Shown in pieces: positions 27,101-39,678 of a stretch of 64,000 nucleotides of DNA. Location: NCBI GenBank assembly GCA_051362555.1, contig CM120640.1:18352001-18416000 (forward strand), in the 5' to 3' direction. Every line of letters starts with the position of its first letter. Position 1 is the first letter of the stretch. Position numbers and translations under genes: made by a program. The notes below the pieces were generated by a model that had not been told where the DNA came from, made no database searches, and worked only from the letters and a program-made list of their open reading frames with translations. This DNA is from Lingula anatina. Its lineage: Eukaryota > Animalia > Brachiopoda.

Positions 27101-27736
27101 ATCCCCCATTGCTTACAATTACTTGTCTGACTTAAAATTCACTGGCCCGAAAAAAAAAAAAATCCAACAGACTGGACATTTACCTCTATTACATCAATAC
27201 TAGTAAAACTGTGTCTGTTCTATATCGAAATGTGCTCACCCTTCAACTGTGTGGCTTCTAAACTGGCCTGAACTGGTTCAGCAGTGGTAAGCTAAACCTG
27301 TAGTAGTGGGGAATACATATCGGTGTCATTTTTTACCACAGGATTGACTTGTTTGGGAGAATTTGATTTAGGGTCCAAGCGTGGATATTCTATTTTAGTT
27401 CAAAACAATGAAGTAAGTTGCAGTAAGCTATGAATTTGCTTTTGAAAGTAAATTTAAAAATTAATAAAAAAAGTTGTGCTTAATCCCAGAATTTCACAAG
27501 GAGGATAGAAAATGCTTGTTAGGGCAAGACTAGTATCAATGCATATTCTAATTTTTCGCGCTGGAGCAATTCGTGCAGTGACAAAAAGCATTGGCAACTG
27601 GGCCAGGACTTAGTATTTTAGATGCTCTGCCATTTGATAGTACGGACATTGTGACTGACATGCTGATGTTTCACGTTGGACATTTTCAATTTATGACAGA
27701 CATATACGGCTGTCCGACGGTTTTTCGGGAACACTG
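24178..27736 (+). mobile_element. 3.56-kb decayed hAT-like DNA transposon
   Basis: TIR CAGTGTTCCC / GGGAACACTG; 6-bp flanking direct repeat ATAAAG; repeated (TC)TGACA/GGACA subterminal motifs at both ends; broken transposase-like fragments at ~24870-25400 (e.g. WTTTISKCHE, SKLFNAV). Confidence 0.7.
25983..26560. repeat. ~310-bp diverged tandem duplication inside the hAT-like element
   Basis: GAATTTTCA.AG.GATGA.ATAAT.TGGTG at 25983 and 26295, followed by collinear sequence including TCCATTGGCTGAGAAATTGCA. Confidence 0.8.
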
Positions 27737-28710
27737 ATAAAGTGACCACATTCACTGGATGGCATCAAAACATAAAAACACTATATGATGAAAGTATGGC
27801 AGTATGCTTCCTTATGAAATGTAGAAAATTCAAGTGAAAATAGTACCAAAATATTGCCAAAAATCAGTACCTTGTTTTCAAAAGCATCCAGGAACAAAAG
27901 GTGAGCAAAAAGACTGAGCCTTGACAAATAGCTGAATTGCTCTAGGTGATCAACAATTTACATGAGTTCGTACATGTAGTTCATATCAGGAAACATGAAG
28001 ATGACTGCTAACAAATCCATGAAATATATGGATGCTATACTTCAGAACGAAATAATTACATTAACAATTGCAAAAGGCCAAAAGTTTCAAACTAGTTTCT
28101 AGAACATATCGTAATTCTGCATTTTATATCACTGGAGGGGGGATTTTCCATCTACTTAAATCACCCGACTGAACAGAAGAGTATGAAAAAGTTATGTTCG
28201 TCTCGGATAGTAACTCTTTGCCCCTAAAACTGAAAGGGGTACATGTATGCGGGGTGGACAAATAAATGCAATATTTTGGTTTAGCCTTTGGGGAAGTGAT
28301 GTTCGAACTTCCAAAAATTTGTGCAAATGATACTGTTACACATCTAAACCTTTACATATAAATTATTTAATGCATGAAAGAAGAACAAATATTGTATAAT
28401 ATTTACCATTGAATGTCCTGGTGCATAACTAGTCTATCAGTACATGTATATTTGCCACAACTTCCTTCCTTGTGTTATTTTACGAAACTGAGGCTCTTGA
28501 AAGGCACGTGACCACTAACAAGAGCCCGATGTGTATGGAAACTATTTATGATTTTGACCCTGTGTAACGTTCGTTGAAATTCTCTCTCTAATAAAATCGT
28601 AAAAATTATCTTGATTGTAATATATAGTTATTGTGGCCCCAAGGTGTTAAGATATTACTCTGAATTTTTGAAGTGCACACTACTTTCATTAGAGCTGTAC
28701 ATATTTGTCT

Positions 28711-28770
28711 TGACCTAAAGTTGACCTAGTTAATCGACTTCACTTGAGCGCTCCCACGCCGCAATATAAA
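28711..28770 (+). promoter_or_regulatory. Candidate OAT promoter: DR5 nuclear-receptor element plus TATA-like box
   Basis: TGACCT-aaagt-TGACCT (28711-28727) and TATAAA (~28765) in a CpG-richer patch upstream of the splice acceptor that precedes the OAT ATG. Confidence 0.35.
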
Positions 28771-29373
28771 GCCTGGCTGCACATTGCATCATTGCTACGA
28801 CCGTAACCAGCCAGCTGCAGGGGTATTTACAGTACGTTGCCGTCTATCGTATTCAATTTCTTAAAGAAGAACGGATTTCTTTAGCGCGGTATTTTTATTT
28901 TAAAAATGAAAGCAGTTTTGCATTGCAAATAATATATACCAGTACAGGTATAGTAGGGTAGTAACGTAGATATTGACATATATTGTTACTAGTAAAGCGA
29001 GTGTGCACAAGTGATAGATGTAGACGTCTGCACGACAAGAAGATCTTGCCGACGAAACGACTCTCGCGAGTCAGTACGCACAGTCCGTGTGGTCGATTAC
29101 GTAAACGGATGAAATGCCGTCTGTTGCAATGTACCGTACTACATGTAGTAGTCACTGAATTGGACTTTCACATGGCTCAATGATCTTAATATTACATGAA
29201 GATGAGCCTTAAGATTTTATTTTGCTAATTTGATATTTAATTTATAATTTTTTTCTTAAATGGCTCCACCTCTTAAAATCTGCATTAAGCAACTGGCTCA
29301 CTATAAAATGGTTAACTTTTTATGAAGTTGTTAATGGAAGCCATGCTTTTAGTTTTAACATTTTCAGGTTGCC

Positions 29374-32300
29374 ATGATGCTTTCACGTGTATTTACCCAA
29401 GCCAGGCAGCTGGCGCAGTCCTCAGTGAGAACAGTCGCCACTGCAGCAGAACTTGGAAAGTTGGGAGAACCTTCCAAAAGGGTGTTTGAAAAGGAAGATA
29501 AGTACGGTGCACACAACTACCACCCACTTCCCGTGGCACTGTGCAAAGGAAAAGGTGGGTGATATGTTTGTTGTGACATTGTGGTAGGTGTGAAATTAGG
29601 ATGTGTTAGATGCGATTAAGTATAATAAAGTAAATGCATATATTGTATGTGCCTGTGTCCATGGTGTTGCTGTCACAAGTGTGACATTGTCAATATAGAG
29701 AGATAGCTAATAGCCTCCAACTATTATTGAAATTTTGCAAAAAAAAAAAAAAAAAAAAAAAAAATCTCATTTGGCTGAAATAATTAATTTCGCTAAAAGT
29801 ATTTTTTTTAGTTCTGCTAAAACCTCTCTACATGTACCTTTGTCAAATGACTTGCTTATGTATTATTTGCCTGATGTCAATGAATTAAGTGTTTCTCCTT
29901 TTTTGAAATCTGAGAGGGAGTCCCTCCGATTGATCAAAAAATACTGATTTTAGAGTCCGGTAAGTAGATTTTGGAGTCCAGCAAGTAGATTTTCAGACCT
30001 ATTTGCCAACCCCGCTAGTGCCTCAAAAAAGTTTATGTCAATGCCAGCTGAAGTATAAGGGATGTAGAGAAGGTATAGAATTCAACATTTGAATGACAGT
30101 GTGCCCCTATCATGAGAAATGCTATACCAAACTACCAGTAAGGCAAATGAAACCAGCTGTTTAATGTTTGTTGCAACAAAGACCAATTTACAAAGCTTAT
30201 GGCATGTGAAAAGGAGCCCACTATCATTGCACTGGTCATATTTATAGAAAAAAGCGTATAAAGTTGTAGGTTATGCTGGTTCATAACATGACAAGAAGTT
30301 GTTATGTTGCAGCTTATTGTTTCATAAACAGCCTACATATGCTGGTCTGTAGCATAACACAAAGTTGTTATGTTGTAGCTTATTGTTTCATAAACAGCCT
30401 ACATATGCTGGTCTGTAACATAACACGAAGTTGTTATCACAGTTATGTTGTAGCTTATTGTTTCATAAATAGCCTACATGTGCTGGCTCATAAAATACAA
30501 TAATTATATTTTTGAAATACATTTGCAGTCAAGTTGGGCTTAGCTTATAAATCTTGAAATCCCATCATAACATTTGTGTATTCCTACACTGATTGTATAT
30601 CACGTACCCTGAGTCTTAAATAATTTCAAGGTTAAAATCAGTAAAAGGGTCAAACAGCAGGGCGATTCATTTTGATATTTAGACCAAAAATAGTCTCATT
30701 TGTATATGCTGTTGCATATCCTTTGTGATTAGAACCATTTGTGAGTATTTTTTAAATGTTCATCTTTATGCACGCTAAAAAGAGTGTTGTCTATTGATTT
30801 AATGTAATGAAACAATACCAGTAATCAACTTCAGCTATCCGCTTTACATATCTTCCATAGTGTATAGAGTTTCCATCATTCTGTATGGTCAAGAGTAAAA
30901 TTTTGGTTTACTATCCTATCTGCTTGTTGCATTATTGAGTATTCTGGAATGGTTTACAGCAGTTCCAATTAAAGTCACTTGTATTTCAAAACCATTCTTA
31001 TATCTTATGTATTGTAGGCTATGTAGTATAATTTGTATTTTGCGCTAGGTGTCCATGTGTGGGATGTAGAAGGCAACCAATACTATGACTTCCTCAGTGC
31101 GTACAGTGCAGTGAACCAGGGACACTGTCACCCGAAGATTATAGAGGCTTTGAAGGGCCAGGCTGAAGTGCTGACACTGACTTCTAGGGCATTCTACAGC
31201 AATCTGCTGGGAGAATATGAAGAGTTCATGCACAATCTCTTTGGATATGACAAGGTCCTGCCAATGAATACAGGTAGGATTTTACTCCTAATCCCCCGAA
31301 TGTATATAAATGTGTCATTTAACTAGAACTAACACCTTGAATACTTCAGGAAAAAACAACATCTTAATGTTTTTTTAACTGTAAAAATTTGCATTGCTTT
31401 TTCTCCAGTCAACATTTTGGGGGATGGTGTATGTTTCAAGCAAAGTCCACATAATTTTTGAAGTCACTGTAGTATTTTACTTTTTTATCTCAGTCAATCA
31501 TAAGACAGATGGGTAAAGCAGTTGAACTGTGGTATGTTTGATGTTTGGGTTTATATGGAGTCCATTTGCTTCAATTATAGCTTTATATGAGTTTTATAGA
31601 TTGAATGTTTATATGCCCTTTATTCAATAATACAGCCATGTATGTTGTTATGCCAAGCACTGCATAAATACCACATAACTGGTTTCAGCCAAAGGTCAAA
31701 GAAGTTTGTTGCAATTAAGTTCAGATGAGATATTATCAGGATTCACATCACTGAAGTCCTTTGTTTTCCTGCCCTGAATGTGTTTCTTATGAGAATGCAC
31801 ATGAAACAAAAATTTATGCAAAATGCCCATATTTACGTTAACTTTGTCAGAGACTTGAATTAAGAAATTAATGCACAGTTTGTGCAACGGGAGATAGTTG
31901 AGTGGAACTTTAGCTTCATTTACTTTAAGGTTAGTTAGGGACAAATACAATTTAATGAAGCAGGAGTCATTTAGCATGTCAATTTTATTAGTATTTTCAT
32001 GGTAGACATGGAATTTTAAGTTAGTTGCTAGCAGGGTTCAGTTGAAGCACACTATAGTTAATTACCCCCTAGCTGCTCAAGGAGGGGTGTCATACCATTA
32101 AGCCGATTTCACCAATTGCTTTTTAGGGAAATCCCCTGTGGAGTTGGAGCAACCCAGCTAGTATGTGTGAATCTGAATGCAGTCTAAGTTGGAATTATCT
32201 TTTTTTTCTTTCTAGGTGTTGAGGGAGGAGAGACTGCCTGTAAGCTGGCCAGACGCTGGGGATATGATGTGAAGGGCATTCCAAAGAATGAGGCAAAGAT

Positions 32301-34851
32301 TGTCTTTGCTGCTGGCAATTTCTGGGGTCGAACTTTGGCAGCCATTTCTAGCTCTAGTGACCCAGATTGTTATGGAGGATTTGGTCCATTTATGCCAGGT
32401 TTTAGCACAATACCTTACAACGATGTCTCCGCATTACAAGTGAGTGCAACTATTTTCAGTGTGTTAGGTGGTACATGATCACTGGTTATGTATTAATTTA
32501 TTCGGCACTAGCACAACACAATAGAGGCTATAACATAACATAACATAACATAACATAACATAACATAACATTTTGTAGAATGAAACTAAAAGTCGCATAA
32601 TGGGGAGTAATAGAAATAAAGCATTCTATGCATTGGGCAGAAGTTATCTCATGCTTAATCATCTCAAGAATTATTTGCAATGATTCTTCCCAATCTTAAA
32701 CATTGTTTATGTCATCATTGTATGTATAAGGTTTGAAAATATTTTTTTATTCTTAAACTGGTTTGTGTATGCCTCCATAATCCTACGATCATACACAAAA
32801 CAGCAGAAGTTTACTCATTTAAACACATTCAAATTGATTGACCAAGAACAATTAATCTTACACTAGACATGCTGTAAGAGGAAAACAAATTATTTATTGT
32901 GATAATCTGCAATAATCTTCAGGCTGCCTTGAAGGACCCTAAAGTTTGTGCATTCATGGTGGAGCCTATCCAAGGGGAGGCAGGTGTTGTAGTTCCAGAC
33001 CCTGGTTACCTTAAAGCCATCAGGGACACCTGCACTAAGAACAATGTACTTTGGATTGCTGATGAAGTACAGACAGGACTGGCTAGAACAGGAAGGCGAG
33101 TGTGCACAATATTATGTTGTGCTGTTTGTAATGGGCTGTCTTTTTTTTATTGTTGTAGATACCCTGATAAGTTACTTTTCCCTTGAATCAAGGGTTTAGC
33201 CAACGATTTGTCCAGCCTTCATTTGGAGGGCCCTCTTCAATCAGAGGACTTACTGCTGGATGGTTTGTTAAAATTCTTACAGCTATGCAACTTGTTAAAA
33301 TCACCCCATGGGTGTGGTAGACATAATGATAGCAACAAATGACACTTTTCAAATAACCTTTGGTAATGGAAGTCATCTAGACATAAAATTTTATTGTTGA
33401 TCCAAGTATGTTTGACTGTAATGTTTGAAGTGAAGGTGTATTACTATGTGAAAGGGGTCATTATCCTTATGAAAATTCATTTTGAAGCAAACAGATAATA
33501 TTCTATAATTATATGTGGTGTTTTAATTTCAGGCGTTTGTGTGTGGACTATGAGGAAGTGAGACCAGATCTGGTCGTGCTGGGAAAAGCTCTGTCAGGAG
33601 GGGTATATCCAGTATGTGCAATCTTATAAATAATTTAAGAAGTACAGAAAATTTTTGATTAAAAGAAAGGTTTTGAAACTGGATGTCTGTAATGTTTCAT
33701 ATGCAGATCAGGGAGGGTGGCGGTGTTATCATTCCCTTCTCCCTTTTTTTATCAAATTTGGGAAATAGGCCCACTGATGGATGTTTATTATTTCAAACTA
33801 CTTTGAGACTCCAAGAAAGGAAGGAAAGCCCACACTGTGGGGTAAAGCATGTTTTATCCCAGTGCTTATAGATGTTGTAAAATGCACCTAATTGTGTTTG
33901 TTAGTTATGCCTGTACAGACAACCATCATAAAGTTATTTTGATTTGACGAAGACTTGAAGTTTTCAAGATTCAGGATTCTCTTTTTTACTTGTGCATGTG
34001 TATTGTATTATTTTTCTACCAGGTGTCAGCAGTGCTTGCAGATGATGAAGTAATGTTGACTATAAAGCCTGGAGAACATGGCTCCACCTATGGTGGAAAT
34101 CCTGTGGCCTGTAAAATTGCCATGGCAGCTCTTCAGGTGATTCAGCAGATACTTTTTTTTTTCTTCATTTAATATTATAAAAGGTGTTTGCAAAGACAAA
34201 TATAAAATGGGAATGATATAAAGCAAGGCATATACCTGTAGAATAATTTTTTTCTGCTACATTACCAATTAAAGACAAGACATTTTCATTGTTAAGGTAA
34301 GCATTTGGTATTTCATTGTCAATGAAAACTACATCTCCTGGCTCACTACAGGTGTTAGAAGAAGAAAACTTAGCAGAAAATGCATTCAAGTTGGGAGAAG
34401 TCCTGAGAAAGGAGTTGAGGAAATTGCCAACTGATGTTGTATCCATTGTTAGAGGAAAAGGCCTTCTTAATGCCATTGTCATTAATGAAAGTAAGTAAAC
34501 GCTCTGCCATTAATTGTTGATGCTGGATTAAAAGTATTTGGACTAATTTGTTTACACTATGTCTTAATAACTTATCATTATGCAGTGTATTTTGTCTTCT
34601 CATCACTTCTTTATTTGTTTCTTTTTCCTTAAAGATTTCATTATGGGCTATTTATAGTTTCTGCTCTTTTTTTTTCAGAATTTAGTGCATGGGATGTCTG
34701 TGTAAAGTTGCGTGATAATGGACTCCTTGCCAAGCCCACACATGGTGACATAATAAGGTTTGCTCCTCCTCTCATCATCAATGAAAAACAAATTATTGAG
34801 TGTGCAGAGATCATCAGCAACACTATCATGGACTTTGCCAAGACATTATAA
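29374..34851 (+). CDS. OAT: Ornithine aminotransferase, mitochondrial (435 aa)
   Basis: Exons 29374-29554, 31049-31273, 32216-32439, 32923-33095, 33533-33611, 34023-34136, 34352-34490, 34679-34851 (1308 nt). Motifs [57 protein letters not shown] (PLP Lys), [28 protein letters not shown]; Arg/Ser-rich presequence. Confidence 0.98.
30273..30495. repeat. ~66-bp minisatellite, about 3.3 copies (OAT intron)
   Basis: GTTATGTTG.AGCTTATTGTTTCATAAA.AGCCTACAT.TGCTGG repeated. Confidence 0.9.
32529..32571. repeat. (ATAAC)n pentanucleotide repeat
   Basis: Visible. Confidence 0.9.
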
Positions 34852-35637
34852 ATACTTCAGTATTTATATAAGAAAACATGGTTGTAGACATGATGTCAGT
34901 TTTGTCCATTTAACTGCTTTTCCTGCCACTGGCACAAAATCAATTTTATTTGGTGATTTTGTGAAGGTAATTTGTTCTCCCTGATTGTTATTTGGTTAAA
35001 TTTTTCATCTTGTGATTGATCATGCAGATGAAAAAATTCAAAAGATGGTGAGAAACACAGGGAATGGAAAGCACAAGTATATTGGCTTTGTATATTAAAA
35101 TCTGTAAAACCTTTTTTTAAATTCAAGCTTTAGAGAAAAAAATGATGCTGTAAAGAGAATCATCATTTTTTGGTCTGGAGTGTTTAGAGAATATGTAGTT
35201 TGATGTTCCCATAAAAAGCAATGGGGTAAAAAGCAACAGGGTACTGTGCATTTGGTGGTTTGGGAGTATGGTATTATATGGCAGCTATATGATGTTTCAG
35301 ATTGGGATTGGTGGACATGTTAATGGAAAATATCACTTTATAGCTGAACATACAGCACTTAAGTTTTACAAAAAGTTTCTTGTTAAGGTCATAATACACT
35401 CGACCAAAAAAGATAAACATAAAATGGCTTTTCAGTAATTAAAAAGCTATGCAATGTAGTGGAAAAATCTTCAGTTTATTTTAAAAAAGTAAACAATGGT
35501 AGGTGCATTGTCCGTCAATATTTGGTTAAAATAAGTATTTACCTTGGACATTGTTATTTTATAATTATTCAAAATGACAATGTTTCTGAACTTTTTAGGT
35601 CGAGTCTATATTCAAGCAACTAAGTAAATGATCCATG

Positions 35638-35800
35638 AAATGTTGTTATAAAAAAAGTAGCCAGTACAATTTTCTAAGTTCGCTTATTGTCAGAAATGAA
35701 ACTTGGATTAAAAAATCTCGATTCAAAATGTTGTTATAAAGAAAGTAGCCAGTACAATTTTTTGCTTATTGTCAGACATGAAACTTGGTTTAAAAATCTC
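35638..35800. repeat. ~88-bp tandem duplication in the probable OAT 3' UTR
   Basis: AAATGTTGTTATAAA.AAAGTAGCCAGTACAATTTT...GCTTATTGTCAGA.ATGAAACTTGG occurs twice. Confidence 0.85.
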
Positions 35801-37710
35801 TATAGACATTTTGTATTTATCAAATTTTGATGATCTTCACAAATTCAGGAACTAGAATTAAATGAAAAATCTTGGAATTTGGGATTTTACAGAACTTTGT
35901 GAAATATTGAACTGATCACATCTTTTTAAATTTGTGCTACATGTAGTATATATTTTGCACATAAAAACCTAATCTCACTTCAAGTGTAGGACAAAAAGAA
36001 AAGACAAGTATTTTTATGATCTCTTTTTTGAAAGTAGGCCTCATATACATTGGGTAATTTTTTTGTACATTGCATCAAACTGTAACTATCTTACCAGTGT
36101 AAGTTTAGTGACAAAAGTACAAAATGAGAATAGGGTAAAAATGTACAAAATTATGTGAAATATCAAATATGAAATTGGAAAAGTTTAAAGGGCTGTCTCT
36201 GTTATTTTAGTCCCAAGTGACAGAAAATTCCTAGCTTCTAGTTCTTTAATGCAGAAAGGATTGATATACATCGACAGTTATTAAAAATAAGCATGTGCAA
36301 TGTGATTGAACAAATAACGAAGATTTGTATTATTTTTATTTCTCTGAAAGTAAAAAAAGTTCCATTTCTGTTTTAGTTTTACACTAGAAGAGACTTTGCA
36401 ATTATTATACAGATATTACTGAATTGTTATATGAAACAAAATCACGAGGTAAAATTTGTTCAGTTTATGCAGTGCACTTAAATGTATCTCATAATTTCAT
36501 AAAGCTTAATTACATTTATTTTTGAGGTAGCATTTATTTTTAAGGTATGTGTATACTTGAAACTAAAAATTATCTGAATTCCATCAAGGTAAATCTCATT
36601 GTTTACATAAACAATATGCCACTGGAACAAACTGCAATGTCAGTAAAATTCTGATCACAACAACATTTTAAATGAATAAAGTTTTACATTCATTTCTGGA
36701 CTTGCGTTATTTAAGAATACAATATCGGTTTTAAAAAAATCTCTACTGAACAGCTATCAATACAAAGTAATGGTATGAAAATATTTCAGCTTGTGTTATC
36801 CTTTAATTATGGTCCAACTACTAAGCTTTTTTCGGCTATCAGCACTACTGCTTTAACACCCATTTCACAACAAAAATTTCTCCAATCCAGTGCCAGAAAT
36901 TTTTCTTGTAGGGAAGTCTGATTTCATCATTCAGTAAATAGGCAAAATAATCCAAAGTTGTTTAATGACACATTGTAGTCAAGGGCTCATATCTTGTATA
37001 TAAAAATTTTATTGCTAATGCTGGTACCACAGTTTCTGGTAGTACTGCTGTACACATCTTTTGTCGAATGGACTTCATAAGCAACTTCCTGGAAATTCAG
37101 TTTTGTTAAGGCTTGGATAGATTTGAATTGGGATGTACACACTGGTGAAAATACTGGCATGCTGTAGTGATGGTGGCAAATTTAAAACTGCCTGTGAAAT
37201 CCATGCATTTTATGGTGTTTTAAAAATACATAGTGAAGGAATGAAATTTGGAAAGGCCAAAGAATGTCTTAAAATTTACCCCAGCAGTACTCCTATAAGA
37301 TCAAAGGACATTGCAGTCATTACTGAAATGCTGTGGAATTACCCCCAAGTAATGCATTCATGCAACATGTCATACATTCTCCAGCATATATTGAATTCTA
37401 TTTCATATAAAAATATTGGTCAGTCTTAAATGAGATATGCTTGCGCATGCGTACTCTGTTAGCTTGTTACATGCTTGTGCAGACAGCCTAAATAGATGAG
37501 ATCTATTTGCTATCAAAATCAGTCAAAAACAAATGCAGTTTGTTGCTCTATTAGTAATACATCATTATGCAATGGAGTTGGAAACTTTTATGGGCAATAT
37601 ATTGATTTTGTAACTATGTTACACACTACGAATCAAAGTTAATATAGCTCGCTGCGCACCAAACTTAGAATCAAGATGGCGAGAAGCATCCAATATTCTC
37701 CAATCCCTAA

Positions 37711-38680
37711 CGGCCCTGTCACACCTAAAGAACTCCCAAGGTACGCATGCATTGTGCATGAAAATAAGCCATATGCGCTGTTGTACGTCCAAGTTTTGAC
37801 AGAATTTGCTAGAAAAGTGCAAGATAATAGCAAATACATAGCATTTTGTTGGCATATTTTGCATATAAAGGGTGCATGAAGATTAAATATAGAACACACG
37901 TGTAAGAAAAATCCATCGAATGCACAACGGGTTTTTGGCCCAGGGAACAAATGACCTGCGCATTCAGCATGCTATAATCAAACAGATAGCGTTCCTTAGT
38001 CAGCAGTGATCATGTGGCTTGTTCTCGATATAAAAGCTGCAGATTTATATCAAAAGAAACCAGTGAAGTTCAGGATGCCTCCCAAAGGAAGGGGTTGTAA
38101 AGGCAGAGGTCGTGGTGCTAGAGGAGAGGTGCCCAGACTGGAGCCAGAATCTGAGATGGAGCAAGCAGGTGTAAGAGATAAACAGGTTTTAAGTCAGCCT
38201 GGATAGTGATTCCGAGATGGACCAGGCTGGTGCAAGAGGAAGAGATACAGCAACTTCAAGTCTCGAGTCAACAGGCTCACTCACCCCTTCTCTTCCCTGT
38301 TTCCCTCTGCGGTCTTTGGTTAAGAACAAGAATAAAAGGGCGCCATTGGGAGGTGACTACAGGCTGTCTGAGGAGGAGTTGTTGATGATCACCTTCTTAG
38401 AGGCTAGTGACATGTTTTGGAACAAGAAGAGTTGTAATTACAGATGACTTGACATTAAAAAACACTGTGGCAGAAGCAGGCAGAAACTATGTCGAGAGAA
38501 GTATCTCACCTCCATGGATGGTTCAAAAGCATGCATATGAGAGACAACTTCACAACTTCACAAAATGCCCAAATCTGCATCTGGCCATTGGTTCTCACAG
38601 AGAGGAAGCTTTGGACTCAACGGAATTTCCTATTCCTTCAAAAGATCACCTACCACAAACCAGATCCAATCAAGAGTGAG
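37711..38680 (+). pseudogene. PIF/Harbinger remnant: frameshifted MADF/Myb-SANT DNA-binding ORF with a candidate left TIR
   Basis: TAA-CGGCCCTGTCACACC terminus-like motif at 37711; broken frames MPPKGRG..., EEELLMITFLEASDMFWNKKSCNYR, SHLHGWFKSM..RDNFT, LTERKLWTQRNFLFL, typical of Harbinger ORF2; no right TIR seen. Confidence 0.6.
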
Positions 38681-39678
38681 TACAGCTCTGTAATATTAAT
38701 GCTAATTTTTGTGTAGACATAATTAGAAAAGGTGTTGAAAATGGTAAGGTGATGTGGTTATTACTTATCTTAATAAATATAAAGACAAGAATATGTACAA
38801 TGAATTGAGTCAGATTTTTCTGACAAAAATGTAACCAAATAACTATAAATACATTTTTCACATATAAATACTTAGAACAAGGGAGTGGCAACCAGGAAGA
38901 AAGAGGAAACCAGGCATAGTAAATCTGGCCCTGAATAGAACTGAAGAGAATAATGGTGCTGAGAAGGAAATACAATCTGAAACAAAACTCAATCTGACCC
39001 AAGAATAAGCAGGTCATATATAATAACTAGCAAGGCTCACATGGAACGAGTTGTTGACAAAAGCATGGAATTGTAACTATGCTATGTTCCTGAGAGGCAC
39101 ATGTTCAACATAAATAGAAAATATTTTTAATACTTTAAAAATACTTTAATGAAAAAAGTGCCAACAAAATGCACCATGAAATGACCGATTTGTACGTTTA
39201 CTAATGAGACTGCCACAAAAAACATTCAAATGCGTTTCTGGCAGTAATGTTATCATGACCCTATCTTCAACACCATACAAAAATCCAGCTATAATGATTA
39301 ACCCGACCGGGCCTGGAATGGATTTTCCATTAATTCCAGTGAACCAACGTTGAATGGATGGAGAACACCATCCATATCCATAAACTGCATGGAAAAAACA
39401 AACAGACAAACAAACAAACAAACAAATAATAATAAGGTTAACAATTCAAGTATTACACTTGGCAAGCTCTACAAAATGCAATGTTGTACAAATGGTTTCT
39501 AGCTTTAACACTACCACAATAAAAGAGTTTTCAGTTCTGGCATTTCTTATGGCTGCACTCATCAGAACCTACAGACTTTTAACCTTGACCATCTTTTACC
39601 TGTTCACATGGTGTCTCATTCTATATCATAAATTAACCAGTATGATAATCAATCATTCCTTTTCTTTGAATTATGTAA

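Noticed and set aside
30273-30503. Cys/Tyr-rich repetitive ORF or CRISPR-like array
   Set aside because: Head-to-tail 66-bp intronic minisatellite with no unique spacers, in a eukaryotic context
39146-39421. Extra coding exon of the acyltransferase
   Set aside because: An acceptor-like site exists at ~39385, but the CDS already ends at 39679 with a complete fold; at most a 3' UTR or alternative exon
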